Source: an uncultured Candidatus Berkelbacteria bacterium
Lineage (GTDB): Bacteria; Patescibacteriota; UBA1384; CAILIB01
Length of the DNA stretch: 64,000 bases
Reading direction: 5' to 3'
Assembly (NCBI GenBank): GCA_903834195.1
Contig: CAILIB010000029.1
Span: 7,715 to 71,714 of the forward strand
In this document: positions 17,136-27,603 of the stretch, one piece after another
Layout of the letters: each line of letters opens with the position of its first letter
Position numbering within the stretch: position 1 is the first letter of the stretch
The notes under the pieces: model-generated
What the model was told of the DNA's origin: nothing
The model's input: only the letters and a program-made list of their open reading frames with translations
Databases searched by the model: none
Translations under genes and position numbers: made by a program

Positions 17136-18098
17136 ATGCGCATGTCACTATCAAATATTCTACGAGTCGTATTTACGATTATCCTCACTGTACTGGGGAT
17201 ACTTTTCTTTCGCTCCACAAGCCATGAAGTACGCTCAGGATACGACATACTCAAGCAAGCTAACGGTTGGTACGTTATTGGCTGCGCTATTCTAACTATC
17301 GCCCTCATCCTCTCTCAAGCTTATGCATTCTGTCTTTGCTATAACTCTATAGGTAAAGAGGTGAGTCTTACAAAATGTATCAGCCTCTTCCTTAAACGCT
17401 TCTTCCTCTCCCCGTTTATTCCTGGTGGATTTTCGGTTGCACAGTACACTCTCAACCAAGACCTTGAAGAGTACAACATCACAAAATCTGAGAATGCCTT
17501 TGTATCCACATCATTTATATTAGGTGGGCAGTTTTCATACGTCCTCATTCTCGTCCCAACTTTTCTTATCACAATATACAACGGTACAATTCAGGATTCC
17601 TCTCAACTGTACAACGGCTTAATTATCTTTGCGGTTGCGGTTTTTATTCTCTGCCTAGTACTGTACCTTTTCCGTCGTGAACTTCTCAGTAAACTCAGAG
17701 TTTGGCTCCATCCCCATGTTGGCAGTTTCAACATTCGTCCAATTATTGAAGCCGTTGCATTCAGCCTGATGGCAGACATATTTGGCATACTTACACTCTG
17801 GACCGCACTACGTGCAATTGGAGTAGATGGCAATCTTGTAACAGCTTCGATGGGATACATCATTACAATCTTTATCATTACACTCTCGCCTCTGTTTCAA
17901 GGACTTGTTGTGGTTGAGGGGGCGCTTGTCTTCACGCTCAAGGCGCTCGGAGTTGATGAAAGCCAAGCAATCGCTGGAGCTCTGGTCTTCCGTTCTTTCC
18001 AATTATGGATGCCCCTCATACTTGGGGGCATCGTATACATTGTTCCTATCATGCTACGGTGGCTGAAAAAGGGACATGCCCACCTCACTCAATCTTGA
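17136..18098 (+). CDS. Polytopic membrane protein (possibly UPF0104/flippase-like family)
   Basis: About 8 predicted TM helices. The family assignment is from overall architecture only. Confidence 0.45.
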   Translation: MRMSLSNILRVVFTIILTVLGILFFRSTSHEVRSGYDILKQANGWYVIGCAILTIALILSQAYAFCLCYNSIGKEVSLTKCISLFLKRFFLSPFIPGGFSVAQYTLNQDLEEYNITKSENAFVSTSFILGGQFSYVLILVPTFLITIYNGTIQDSSQLYNGLIIFAVAVFILCLVLYLFRRELLSKLRVWLHPHVGSFNIRPIIEAVAFSLMADIFGILTLWTALRAIGVDGNLVTASMGYIITIFIITLSPLFQGLVVVEGALVFTLKALGVDESQAIAGALVFRSFQLWMPLILGGIVYIVPIMLRWLKKGHAHLTQS

Positions 18099-18307
18099 CA
18101 CGCCTAGTCATCGGCGGTATAACGATGCCACTTGACCTTGGTGCGGAAGCATATGCTAGCAGTAAGGAAGAAGTACATCTACGTATGTTGCCCAGGCGAC
18201 ATACGTAGACGTTCCTCATCAACTAATCCCTTTTACACGGGGTTTTTCTTTCAGCTATAGACTATACGTACGGTAATCGCTCCTATTCACTACAAAGCAC
18301 CGTTGAT

Positions 18308-20689
18308 ATGCCCAACCAAGACGTTAGAACATTCCTGGCAGAAGCCAGTACAATTCTCCTCTCGTCTCTCGACTACGAAGCAACACTCGCACGCGTAGCA
18401 GATCTCGTTGTACCAAAGTTCGCCGACTGGTGCACTGTCAGTATTATTGATCCAAATACTGGCAACCGAAGCAATCTATTTGCAAAACACGTCGATCCTA
18501 AAAAGGTTCGTCTTGCTGAATTATGGCGAACAAAAACTCCGTATGATCCGAATGCAATAGGCGGTGAAAGTGCGGTTCTTCGTACGGGTAAATCTGAAAT
18601 ATTCCCTCTGGTCACTCCTGACATGATTACGAGTGCACCTCTCTTAGGTGAAGATATTAAAGATCTCATTTTAAAACTCCAGTTACACTCCTATGTTTGT
18701 GTCCCCCTAAAAGTACGTGAACGCGTACTGGGAACGTTAAGTATTATCTGGGCAGACTCAAATAATACGTATAGTGAACAAGACTTGGCCATGTTCGAAA
18801 ACCTAGCAAGTATTGCAGCTATCGCAATCGACAATGCCCAACTGTATACCGCTGCCCAAGAACAAATCTCTTCTCGAACCATTGCTCAAGATGAATTGAG
18901 TAAACAAATCGAACAGCAACACATTATTGCTCAGCTAGGCCAACAAGCCCTTTCCGGTATATCAATTGAGGAATTGATGCATGACTCTGTGAAACTGATT
19001 GCAGCAACCCTAGAAACAGAGTACGTACATATCTTAGAGAAACTTCCTGAAGAAGATGAATTTTTACTTCGTGCGAGCACTGGCTGGCCTAAGTTTCTTA
19101 CTGGAAATCTTAAAGTGAGCACTGACCCTAGCATGCCAATTGGGCAAGCATTTTCCTCTAATCGTCCTGTAGTAATTACTAATCTCACAAAACAAAAACG
19201 CTTCAAAAATCAGGATTTCTTAAGCCAGCAAGGTATTACAAGTAGCGTAACTATTACAATTGGTGGTAAACAGGATATCTGGGGAACCTTAGGTGCACAC
19301 ACTAAAAATAAGCGCGTATTCAGCAAAAATGATATTCAGTTTCTTCAGTCAGTTGCCAATGTACTTGCCCTCTCACTTGATCGTGTTGAGGCTGAAGAGC
19401 GCATGCGCTTCCACGCGTTTCATGATACGGTAACCGGCATTCCTAACCGTGCACTTCTCCAAGATCGACTCGAACTTGAAATCGCCCGAGCCAAACGAAA
19501 TAACAGCCAAGTTGGTATTCTTTTTCTCGATCTAGATCGGTTCAAACACATTAACGACAGCTTAGGTCACGCAGTAGGCGATCTCGTTCTCAGAGAAGCT
19601 GCAGACCGTCTCAAAATATGCACCCGCCCTGGTGATACTATTGCTCGCTTTGGTGGTGATGAATTTGTAATGGTTCTTCCCGATATACTAAATACCGACG
19701 AATTAGAAGTTATCGCAAAACGCACACTCGCAAGCTTCGAACCGAGCTTTGTGATTAACTCACGCGAACTCAGTATCAATGTAAGTATTGGAATTGCACT
19801 CTATCCCCACGACGGTGAAAGTGTTGAGGACATCATCATGAATGCTGACACTGCACTCTACCGAGTCAAAGAGTTAGGGCGCAATGGGTACCGTTTGTAT
19901 ACTCAAACCATGAACCTGCGTTCCTCTGAACGACTCACTCTGGAGAGTGAGCTGCGCAAAGCTCTCGAACAGCATCAGTTTGAACTCTGGTATCAACCAG
20001 TGGTAGATATCGCGCGCAACAAAATTATTTCTGGTGAAGCCCTACCGCGTTGGCGACATCCTACTCTTGGCATAATTTACCCAGGCGATTTTTGGGAACT
20101 CGCCGAAGACACCGGCTTAAGTATTCCTCTTTTTGAGTGGAGTCTAGAAACCGCTGCCAATCAAATCGCAGCCTGGAATAGCGAAGATTTTCCCCCTGTA
20201 ACCATTGCTATAAACCTTTCAGCCCGTCAGCTCGAACACCCAAACCTAATCGAAAAGTGTAGGAGTATTATTTCAAAAACAGGCATTTCAGCCAACCGAA
20301 TCGAGATTGAGGTCACTGAAACCATGGCCATGCAAAACATTGATCGCACCGTAGAAACACTTAAAGAGCTGCGTAATCTTGGGTTTAGCACTTCGGTGGA
20401 CGATTTTGGTATCGGCCATTCTTCCCTTAACTACTTAAAACGATTACCAGTTAGTAAATTAAAAATTGATCGCTCCTTTATAAGTGATTGCATCGATAAT
20501 CCACAAGATGCTGCAATTGTTCGAGCAATTATTTCACTTGCTCAAACTCTAAACTTCAAAGTTACCGCTGAAGGAGTTGAGAATAATGATCAGCTCTCAT
20601 TTCTTCTCTCATTGGGATGTAATTCAGCGCAAGGATATCTCTTTAATCCAGCCCTTCCTGCAGTTGCATTTACCGAGTTACTTCAGTAG
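18308..20689 (+). CDS. GAF-GAF-GGDEF-EAL c-di-GMP turnover protein
   Basis: Two GAF-like regions. Diguanylate cyclase motif RFGGDEF. EAL-domain motifs EALPRW, DDFGIGHSSLNYL, KIDRSF, AEGVE. Confidence 0.9.
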   Translation: MPNQDVRTFLAEASTILLSSLDYEATLARVADLVVPKFADWCTVSIIDPNTGNRSNLFAKHVDPKKVRLAELWRTKTPYDPNAIGGESAVLRTGKSEIFPLVTPDMITSAPLLGEDIKDLILKLQLHSYVCVPLKVRERVLGTLSIIWADSNNTYSEQDLAMFENLASIAAIAIDNAQLYTAAQEQISSRTIAQDELSKQIEQQHIIAQLGQQALSGISIEELMHDSVKLIAATLETEYVHILEKLPEEDEFLLRASTGWPKFLTGNLKVSTDPSMPIGQAFSSNRPVVITNLTKQKRFKNQDFLSQQGITSSVTITIGGKQDIWGTLGAHTKNKRVFSKNDIQFLQSVANVLALSLDRVEAEERMRFHAFHDTVTGIPNRALLQDRLELEIARAKRNNSQVGILFLDLDRFKHINDSLGHAVGDLVLREAADRLKICTRPGDTIARFGGDEFVMVLPDILNTDELEVIAKRTLASFEPSFVINSRELSINVSIGIALYPHDGESVEDIIMNADTALYRVKELGRNGYRLYTQTMNLRSSERLTLESELRKALEQHQFELWYQPVVDIARNKIISGEALPRWRHPTLGIIYPGDFWELAEDTGLSIPLFEWSLETAANQIAAWNSEDFPPVTIAINLSARQLEHPNLIEKCRSIISKTGISANRIEIEVTETMAMQNIDRTVETLKELRNLGFSTSVDDFGIGHSSLNYLKRLPVSKLKIDRSFISDCIDNPQDAAIVRAIISLAQTLNFKVTAEGVENNDQLSFLLSLGCNSAQGYLFNPALPAVAFTELLQ

Positions 20690-20723
20690 GGTATTTGAAT
20701 ATATGTGTTAGCAGCTTATATTA

Positions 20724-20752
20724 TTGACTAATCTATTTAGATACAGTAAAAT
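20724..20752 (+). promoter_or_regulatory. Sigma70-type promoter of the marR-MFS operon, leaderless geometry
   Basis: TTGACT (20724-29) - 17 nt - TAAAAT (20747-52), then ATG at 20759 after a 6-nt gap with no SD. The palindrome ATCTA-TT-TAGAT lies in the spacer. Confidence 0.65.
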
Positions 20753-20758
20753 GGCTGC

Positions 20759-21211
20759 ATGACACGTTCAGACCTCCTCAAAGAATTCTTCGAATCACTT
20801 ATACCGTTCCAACGCCTGGTCCGTACCCAGAAGGAACGATTCTTTAAGGATCTCGAAATTTCCCCCACTCACCTTGAGCTTCTCTATTTTCTTAAACATA
20901 GTGAAAAATCTACAGTAAAGGATGTTGCCAGCCGATTAAACATCACAAGTAGCGGTGCCACCCAAGTAATCGAAGAAGCTGTCCAACATGAACACATTGA
21001 ACGCACTACAGATGAAATAGACCGGCGGGTTGTGCACCTAACAATCACACCTAAAGGCGCTGCATTCGCCAAGGAACTCGGTAAAAAACACATGCACCAA
21101 ATGGAAGAATGCTTCGCCGAAGTTACTGACGAAGAGATCATCGCTCTCACCGCACTCTACACAAAAATCATCCCCCACCTTCGTAAAAATTTAGCTCACA
21201 TCAATGACTAA
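20759..21211 (+). CDS. MarR-family transcriptional regulator
   Basis: Winged-HTH region (STVKDVASRLNITSSGATQVIEEAV..IDRRVVHLTITPKG). Confidence 0.85.
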   Translation: MTRSDLLKEFFESLIPFQRLVRTQKERFFKDLEISPTHLELLYFLKHSEKSTVKDVASRLNITSSGATQVIEEAVQHEHIERTTDEIDRRVVHLTITPKGAAFAKELGKKHMHQMEECFAEVTDEEIIALTALYTKIIPHLRKNLAHIND

Positions 21212-22871
21212 TCCAGAACACCCAAAGCCGCAGCACCAATCGTTCCTCAAACACTGGGGTAGTTTAGTTGTACTAAGTCTAGCGCTGGCGATCATAGTTA
21301 TTGATACAACACTCTTGAATGTATCACTGACCACGATCATCAACGACCTCAAAACCGATATTCAACACCTACAATGGGTGATTACTGCCTACGCTCTTAC
21401 ACTGGCTGCACTCACTATTACTGGTGGCCGCCTCGGTGACTTTTTTGGTCGCAAGAAGATGTTCATTCTCGGTGCTATTCTCTTTGCCATCGGCTCGCTT
21501 ACTGCATCATATAGCACCAACTTTGTTACGCTTCTCCTGGGTGAATCTCTGATTGAAGGTATCGGTGCCGCACTGATGATGCCCGCAACAGCTTCGTTAC
21601 TTGTGAACAACTTCCATGGCCGCGATCGCGCTATTGCCTTCGGTGTTTGGGGTGGGATTGCTGGCGCAGCTGCTGCTATAGGACCTGTTCTTGGTGGATA
21701 CCTCACTGCCCACTACTCGTGGCGTTGGGGCTTCCGGATTAACGTTTTCGTAGTTCTTATTTTACTTGCCTTCTCATACTTAGTGAAAGAAGCAAAGGGA
21801 GAAAAGAAAAAGATTACCCTTGATATTACCGGTGTATTTCTCTCGGCTTTTGGCCTTCTTAGCGTCGTATTCGGTATTATCGAATCTACAACCTACGGCT
21901 GGTGGCAAGCCAAAGAAACCTTTACAGTGTACGGTCACGCGATAACCTTTGGCAACCTGTCAGTCACCCCAATTAGCATGCTGATTGGTGCAATTCTACT
22001 CACTATTTTCTTCTGGTGGGAGAACGTAGTTGAAGCTAAAGGAAAGACTCCGCTTATTTCGATGCACATCTTTGCAAATAAGGCTTTCAGTGCTGGTTTA
22101 GTTACTGTGAGTGTTATTTCTCTTGGTATGTCTGGTATTTTCCTCGCTATCCCAATTTTCCTTCAGACAGTGCGTGGCATGGACTCACTCCAAACTGGGT
22201 ATGCTCTCTTACCAATGTCACTCGCACTTCTGATTGTGTCTCCAATTGGCGCAGTGCTTAGTCATAAAGTATTACCAAAGTACCTAGTACAAGCTGGATT
22301 ACTTTTGAACGTAGTGGCACTATTCTACTTTAACCGCCTATTTGGACCAGATACTACTGCTGCACAACTTATTGCTCCACTCGCAATCTACGGTGTTGGC
22401 ATGGGTCTGGTAATGTCACAAATTAACAATATTATTTTGTCGGCACTTCCTGTTCAATACGCCGGTGAAGCATCTGGTATTAACAGTACAATGCGCCAGC
22501 TCGGCTCAACACTTGGCTCAGCTATTATTGGTGCAGTTATCATTTCTTCACTCAGTAGCCATATCACCAGTGGAATTCAAAATAGTACAGTTATCCCAAC
22601 TGCTGCTAAACCACAAATTATTGCTCAAGCAGCTGCGGAAGGTTCAAATATCGAGTTTGCTGGACCAAGTAAGGTCAACTCAACTACCTCCCCTGTCATA
22701 GCCACAGAAATGACATCTATTAGTCACAACGCAATTGCTCAATCTGACGTTGATGCAACCCTCTACACAATTGGTTTTGGAATCCTTGGTTTTGTGCTTT
22801 CATTCCTCCTCCCAAGCGAGCGTCCAAAAACCCACGGACCAGCAGAAAAACAACCCGCTGCAGGTCACTAG
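21204..22871 (+). CDS. MFS transporter, DHA2 (EmrB/QacA-like, 14-TM) family
   Basis: Motif GGRLGDFFGRKK after TM2, about 14 TM segments, overlaps marR by 8 nt. Confidence 0.85.
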   Translation: MTNPEHPKPQHQSFLKHWGSLVVLSLALAIIVIDTTLLNVSLTTIINDLKTDIQHLQWVITAYALTLAALTITGGRLGDFFGRKKMFILGAILFAIGSLTASYSTNFVTLLLGESLIEGIGAALMMPATASLLVNNFHGRDRAIAFGVWGGIAGAAAAIGPVLGGYLTAHYSWRWGFRINVFVVLILLAFSYLVKEAKGEKKKITLDITGVFLSAFGLLSVVFGIIESTTYGWWQAKETFTVYGHAITFGNLSVTPISMLIGAILLTIFFWWENVVEAKGKTPLISMHIFANKAFSAGLVTVSVISLGMSGIFLAIPIFLQTVRGMDSLQTGYALLPMSLALLIVSPIGAVLSHKVLPKYLVQAGLLLNVVALFYFNRLFGPDTTAAQLIAPLAIYGVGMGLVMSQINNIILSALPVQYAGEASGINSTMRQLGSTLGSAIIGAVIISSLSSHITSGIQNSTVIPTAAKPQIIAQAAAEGSNIEFAGPSKVNSTTSPVIATEMTSISHNAIAQSDVDATLYTIGFGILGFVLSFLLPSERPKTHGPAEKQPAAGH

Positions 22872-22872
22872 T

Positions 22873-23529
22873 CTAGAGAATATTTACACTACGTGCAGCG
22901 AGCAGAGTAATGATCGTAAGTGATACTCCAGCTTGTACAATCATGAGAATCTTAGCCCAACGAGAGATTGGAGCTGTGTCGGTAGTAGAAAACGCTGCGC
23001 TCGTATTAAACGATAAATACAGGTAGTCAACGAAGAGCGGTTTCCATGTCATTAACATGAGCCGCTCTTTTACGTGTACGTCCAACATCATAGGTTGAAA
23101 AAGAAAGGCACCACTGACATGTTCAGGTTTAATTGCCCGAATATGCGGACCACCTGCATCCAATCGCCAGTACCAATTCGCAAAGATGAGGATATTTGTC
23201 ACCCAAAGTAACACCGCTGAACGAAGTAGTTGCACAGGCTCAATACTGTGCTGTGGCAGTGCAGATATAAGAAGTGCAATTGAAAATACAAGAAACAGAG
23301 TGAGCACACTCAAGAGTAGGTAACTCACCGACTGTGCATGACCATGTTTTCCTTTTCGATGATAAAAGAAGATTGGCACTGAACAAACTAGAGCAATACC
23401 CAACGGTAGCCAAGCTGGACCAATCAACAAATTATCCGGTAGCGCAGCATACAAACCAACAATAGAGAGTGTAGCCAGTACCGACGGCCAGTGAGGTTCG
23501 TGTTCAGTTTTCATGTACCAATGATACAC
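22873..23529 (-). CDS. Membrane protein, DUF1345-like
   Basis: Six TM helices and a YLYLSFNTSAAFSTTD segment resembling that family. Confidence 0.45.
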   Translation of the reverse strand: MYHWYMKTEHEPHWPSVLATLSIVGLYAALPDNLLIGPAWLPLGIALVCSVPIFFYHRKGKHGHAQSVSYLLLSVLTLFLVFSIALLISALPQHSIEPVQLLRSAVLLWVTNILIFANWYWRLDAGGPHIRAIKPEHVSGAFLFQPMMLDVHVKERLMLMTWKPLFVDYLYLSFNTSAAFSTTDTAPISRWAKILMIVQAGVSLTIITLLAARSVNIL

Positions 23530-23553
23530 GTAAATAGGAAGTTGGGAGAAGCC

Positions 23554-24858
23554 CTATTTTGCAGTAAGGTAGAAGAAATCTCGATCTATATCATGGAGAT
23601 ATGAGTAAAAATCTCCGTTTTGCGCACCTTTCATGAGTACCTGTGATACATATTGCCCAGGTTTACCACTTGGATTAAAAAAGTTAAAACGTACCCAGAA
23701 CGGGTTAATATCGAGCTGCATAGCATTAACTGCACCAGCACTCTTAAGGGCATAGGCTAAGGTAGTTGGAGTAAGAGCATTCCCCATCGCAAAGACAAGA
23801 TTTCCATCTGCTGTTATACCAACTCCACTTCGCCAGGTATAAATATCAGAAGTAAGAGTACGACCCCACAGTTTTTTGTTACGTTCTCCTTGTGTCCCAA
23901 TCTCACCATTTTCAATGAGCATTGGGCAGTTTTGTCGAGCAAAAATAACATCCGAACCAAAGGCTTGACCCTGGTATCTTTCAATTGTGACATGACCATC
24001 GGTATGACCAATAATAGTTGCAGCATCCGTCTGCATTGCATTGTATGTCACCCCATTCAAGTACATTCCATAATTACCATCAATGACTTGAAATCCCCCA
24101 TCAAACGCCGCAACTAATTTGCCAGATTTAAGAACAGTATCTTGAATAGTACCCGAGCCTGGATGAGCCTTTCCACCTGGCTCAAGCCGACCTGCAACTT
24201 CACCCAATCGAAATACCGACATATCTACTTTCACCAGCGTTGCAAACGCATAACTACGATCGGCGTCAGGGCGGATAAATGTATCTGCCATAACTTCACT
24301 TCCCGGAACCACATCAACCGTATGATTTGCCCACACACCTTCTCCTGCTAATGGAGTAAAGAATGTAGTTGGAATAGTATCTAGGTTAAGTTTAGACTTT
24401 TCAGGGGCCTGCTTAGTTTGCGGAGAATCAGCTATCTGCGGAGCTTCAACTGTTTTATATTTGTACTGTTCCTGCTGAATTTTATCAGCAAAATTAAACA
24501 GTATTCGCTCCATCGCTACCGTACGATCAACTCCAATAACTGGGCGCAAATAATGATCTGCGATAAGCGCGGCCAACTCTGGATTATTCTTTACTTGAAC
24601 TAACGCATAACTAAGTGCTCCAATAAAAATAACTGGAACTGCACTCCAAATGTACACCCACCAATAAATCTTTTGTTTTTTGCGCCCATAGCGAACATTT
24701 TGTGGAACTTCAAAAGCTCCTCGCGGTAATGGTTTCCGATATGTTTTCTCGGATGAGCGCGAGTTAGTCTTAGGAGCTAATTTTAGTGGTGTTCTCTTTT
24801 TAGTCACTAGTATATTATACCTGAACAGTGGTTTTTCCTTTACCCGGAAAATGCTCAA
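23554..24858 (-). CDS. Membrane-anchored phosphodiester glycosidase (DUF2233)-like protein
   Basis: N-terminal basic region plus TM. C-terminal motifs AAFDGGF, RSGVGITADGNLVFAM, AMQLDINP. Overlaps the upstream gene by 44 nt, so GTG 24807 is an alternative start. Confidence 0.55.
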   Translation of the reverse strand: MSIFRVKEKPLFRYNILVTKKRTPLKLAPKTNSRSSEKTYRKPLPRGAFEVPQNVRYGRKKQKIYWWVYIWSAVPVIFIGALSYALVQVKNNPELAALIADHYLRPVIGVDRTVAMERILFNFADKIQQEQYKYKTVEAPQIADSPQTKQAPEKSKLNLDTIPTTFFTPLAGEGVWANHTVDVVPGSEVMADTFIRPDADRSYAFATLVKVDMSVFRLGEVAGRLEPGGKAHPGSGTIQDTVLKSGKLVAAFDGGFQVIDGNYGMYLNGVTYNAMQTDAATIIGHTDGHVTIERYQGQAFGSDVIFARQNCPMLIENGEIGTQGERNKKLWGRTLTSDIYTWRSGVGITADGNLVFAMGNALTPTTLAYALKSAGAVNAMQLDINPFWVRFNFFNPSGKPGQYVSQVLMKGAQNGDFYSYLHDIDRDFFYLTAK

Positions 24859-25558
24859 CTTGATGGGTCAATGCTTCAACAAGTACTTCTGAGAGTGCTT
24901 TTCCTTTTACGGTATCTATTGTTATTTTAACATTCTTTTCTAGCACTCCATTCTCTGATAATTCACGTACAGAATATAGTGAAAGCAATCCACCCCCTGG
25001 GTATGGGTGTAGATTCTGAATGGTCTTCTCTTTGGTTTTTTGTACCTCAGGTCGCAAATAATAGAGTAATGAAGTTTCAGTACTTCCCCCATGAGTATCA
25101 GAAACTCCAAAAAGATCTTTCGCACGTGCGCGTACGGCAGGAGTATAGGCAAACATACTCACAACTTTGAGTGAACTTTGCCGACTAAACTCTTCGCAAA
25201 TGGTTGCAGCTAAATTCACATTGCCGCCGTGGGCATTGTACAAAATTGCTTTGCTAAATCCGCTCTTTGCCAACCATTCAAACAAGTTTTGAAGCACATG
25301 CATCATGTCAAATGCATTTACTGAGAGTGTTCCATCAAATCCATCATGCTCAATTGAGTCACCAAACCACACAGCTGGATAGAGCATTACACCTGTTGGA
25401 TTACTTGCTTCGACCATCGATGCAATACTCTCGGCAATGTATGTATCGGTCAGCAGAGGAAGGTACGGACCATGTTGTTCAAACGCACCAAAAGGAATAA
25501 TCGCCACAGCATTTTTGTGTGATTTTATTTCTTCGGTGGTTAAATTTCCTGCAATCAT
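24815..25558 (-). CDS. Creatininase-family amidohydrolase
   Basis: AIIPFGAFEQHGPYLPLLTD and GDSIEH, HGGN motifs. Confidence 0.8.
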   Translation of the reverse strand: MIAGNLTTEEIKSHKNAVAIIPFGAFEQHGPYLPLLTDTYIAESIASMVEASNPTGVMLYPAVWFGDSIEHDGFDGTLSVNAFDMMHVLQNLFEWLAKSGFSKAILYNAHGGNVNLAATICEEFSRQSSLKVVSMFAYTPAVRARAKDLFGVSDTHGGSTETSLLYYLRPEVQKTKEKTIQNLHPYPGGGLLSLYSVRELSENGVLEKNVKITIDTVKGKALSEVLVEALTHQVEHFPGKGKTTVQV

Positions 25559-26316
25559 TGGTGGGTAATCACAATAAATAGGTAAGAACGGAGGAATGGA
25601 ACAAGCAATGGCACAAGCGCATATAGAAAGGCTAGAGGGTACGGTATGCGCGTAGGAAACGCGCCTCGCACAAGTGCTTTTTCACTACCAGCAATATACC
25701 CCTTTTTCTCAACGTTGAAACCAGCTTTTTGCACGACTTCCAGCAATTCAGCCATCGAATACTCGTGATGATGTAACTGTTTACGAGTTGGACCTTCATG
25801 AACAGGGTAAATCGGCCGACCAAAAATTACCCGAATCCGATTTGCCAGATTACAGATATTTGGGGTGGTAAGAATTACTCTCCCCTCTGGCGAAAGTACG
25901 CGCTTTAACTCCGATACGCAGTGCTCAGGACCGTCTTCAAAATGCTCAATAACTTCTGTGAATAAAATTACATCAACACTTTTATCGGCAATTGGTACTA
26001 CTTCATGCTCGACATCACACTGCACAATTTCTAATCCCTGAGCTTCTAATGCAGATTGAGTGTTGAACCGATTAGGATCGTAATCCACACCAATAACTCG
26101 AGTTGCTCCAAATCGTTTACAACTGAGTGCAAGGTGACACGGAAGCGTACCAATATCCAGCACAGTTTTTCCCACTACCTGACTCTGAGAAAGAAGTCGT
26201 AACGTATCTACATACCTACTACGGTGGAGACGAAAATACTCAAGCTCGGCTGAGTTATCAGGTTTAATCTGGCGAATAAGTGTATATGCAGTGGATCGAT
26301 TCATACTACTCAGCAT
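25555..26316 (-). CDS. Class I SAM-dependent methyltransferase
   Basis: Motif I VLDIGT.PC, DVILFTEVIEH, and a Methyltransf_11-like layout. Confidence 0.75.
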   Translation of the reverse strand: MLSSMNRSTAYTLIRQIKPDNSAELEYFRLHRSRYVDTLRLLSQSQVVGKTVLDIGTLPCHLALSCKRFGATRVIGVDYDPNRFNTQSALEAQGLEIVQCDVEHEVVPIADKSVDVILFTEVIEHFEDGPEHCVSELKRVLSPEGRVILTTPNICNLANRIRVIFGRPIYPVHEGPTRKQLHHHEYSMAELLEVVQKAGFNVEKKGYIAGSEKALVRGAFPTRIPYPLAFLYALVPLLVPFLRSYLFIVITHQ

Positions 26317-27490
26317 CTAAAAAGTGTTTCCCTTTTAGCTCATCGGGCAACATCTCGCCCTCTGTATACATTTCGTACCCATCGCCATACCCAAGTTCCT
26401 TCATTAACCCAGTTGGCGCGTTGCGTAATTTAAAAGGAACTGGCAGATTTCCTGTTTCTTTTACAACCTGTTGAGCGCGCCGTAACCCATCGTAGGCGCG
26501 ACGATCTTTCTTACAACTGGCCAAATATGCCACCCCATGCGCCAAATTAATGGACGCCTCCGGGTAGCCAATTGATCGAACCGCCTCAAATACAGCATTC
26601 GCCACTACCAGTGCAGTTGGCTGGGCGAGTCCAACATCTTCCGAGGCAAACACCACCATACGCCGCGCAATAAAGACTGGATCTTCCCCGGCTTCGATCA
26701 TGCGTGCCAGGTAGTAGAGCGCAGCATCAGCATTACTGGCGCGCATACTTTTTATGAAGGCTGAGATTGTATTGTAATGTTCCTCACCTGTTTTGTCGTA
26801 GCGCAAGCGAACCTGACCAGCTTGCTCAACTGTTTTCTGAGTAACTTCTCCATATAACGCGTGTGCCGAATCAATTAACCCAATCAATTGCCGAGCATCC
26901 CCACTCGTGAGGGTGGTGAGCCATTTTTTAGCTTCTGCATCTTGCACGAGTTGAGTACGCTCAATTACTAAGCCCATTTCATCAGGAGTAAGCGATTGCA
27001 ACACAAACACACGACAGCGCGAGAGCAAGGCTGGAATCACTTCAAAGCTCGGATTTTCGGTGGTGGCACCAATTAAGGTTAATTTGCCTGATTCAACCCA
27101 TGGCAGGAGAAAATCTTGTTGCGATTTATTAAAACGGTGAATTTCATCCAAAAATAGAATGGTCGGCTGAAGATCGTTTTCAGCTTGCAGAAGGATTTTG
27201 CGAATATCGTCTTTACCGGCTGAAACAGCTGAGAGCTCGTATAGCGTTGCTTCTACTGCCTCAGCGTAAATGCGGGCAATAGTAGTTTTACCCACACCTG
27301 GCGGACCCCAGAGAATAAATGACAGGAGACGCTTAGATTCAACAGCTACCCTTAGCGGTTTTCCGGAGCCTATAAGATGCTGCTGACCTACCACTTCATC
27401 CAGATTTTTTGGACGCAATCGAGAAGCTAGCGGCTGTTTGCCGATATGTTCGGGGAAAACGCTTACTTGTTCGGCTTTCTTTCGGTTCAT
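26306..27490 (-). CDS. rarA: Replication-associated recombination protein A (AAA+ ATPase)
   Basis: Walker [20 protein letters not shown], a MgsA C-terminal domain-like sequence. TATGCT lies 6 nt upstream of the ATG. Confidence 0.9.
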   Translation of the reverse strand: MNRKKAEQVSVFPEHIGKQPLASRLRPKNLDEVVGQQHLIGSGKPLRVAVESKRLLSFILWGPPGVGKTTIARIYAEAVEATLYELSAVSAGKDDIRKILLQAENDLQPTILFLDEIHRFNKSQQDFLLPWVESGKLTLIGATTENPSFEVIPALLSRCRVFVLQSLTPDEMGLVIERTQLVQDAEAKKWLTTLTSGDARQLIGLIDSAHALYGEVTQKTVEQAGQVRLRYDKTGEEHYNTISAFIKSMRASNADAALYYLARMIEAGEDPVFIARRMVVFASEDVGLAQPTALVVANAVFEAVRSIGYPEASINLAHGVAYLASCKKDRRAYDGLRRAQQVVKETGNLPVPFKLRNAPTGLMKELGYGDGYEMYTEGEMLPDELKGKHFLDAE

Positions 27491-27568
27491 ACCAGTAGCA
27501 TACCACGTTTTTATCTAATTTCCATCTCGTTATTAGCGCATAATTATATCAATAATTGGCTATGGTAA

Positions 27569-27597
27569 TTGACAAATCGTATAAATGTGTGTATATT
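27569..27597 (+). promoter_or_regulatory. Consensus sigma70-type promoter with no annotated gene downstream
   Basis: TTGACA (27569-74) - 17 nt - TATATT (27592-97). Confidence 0.7.
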
Positions 27598-27603
27598 GTC
27601 GAG

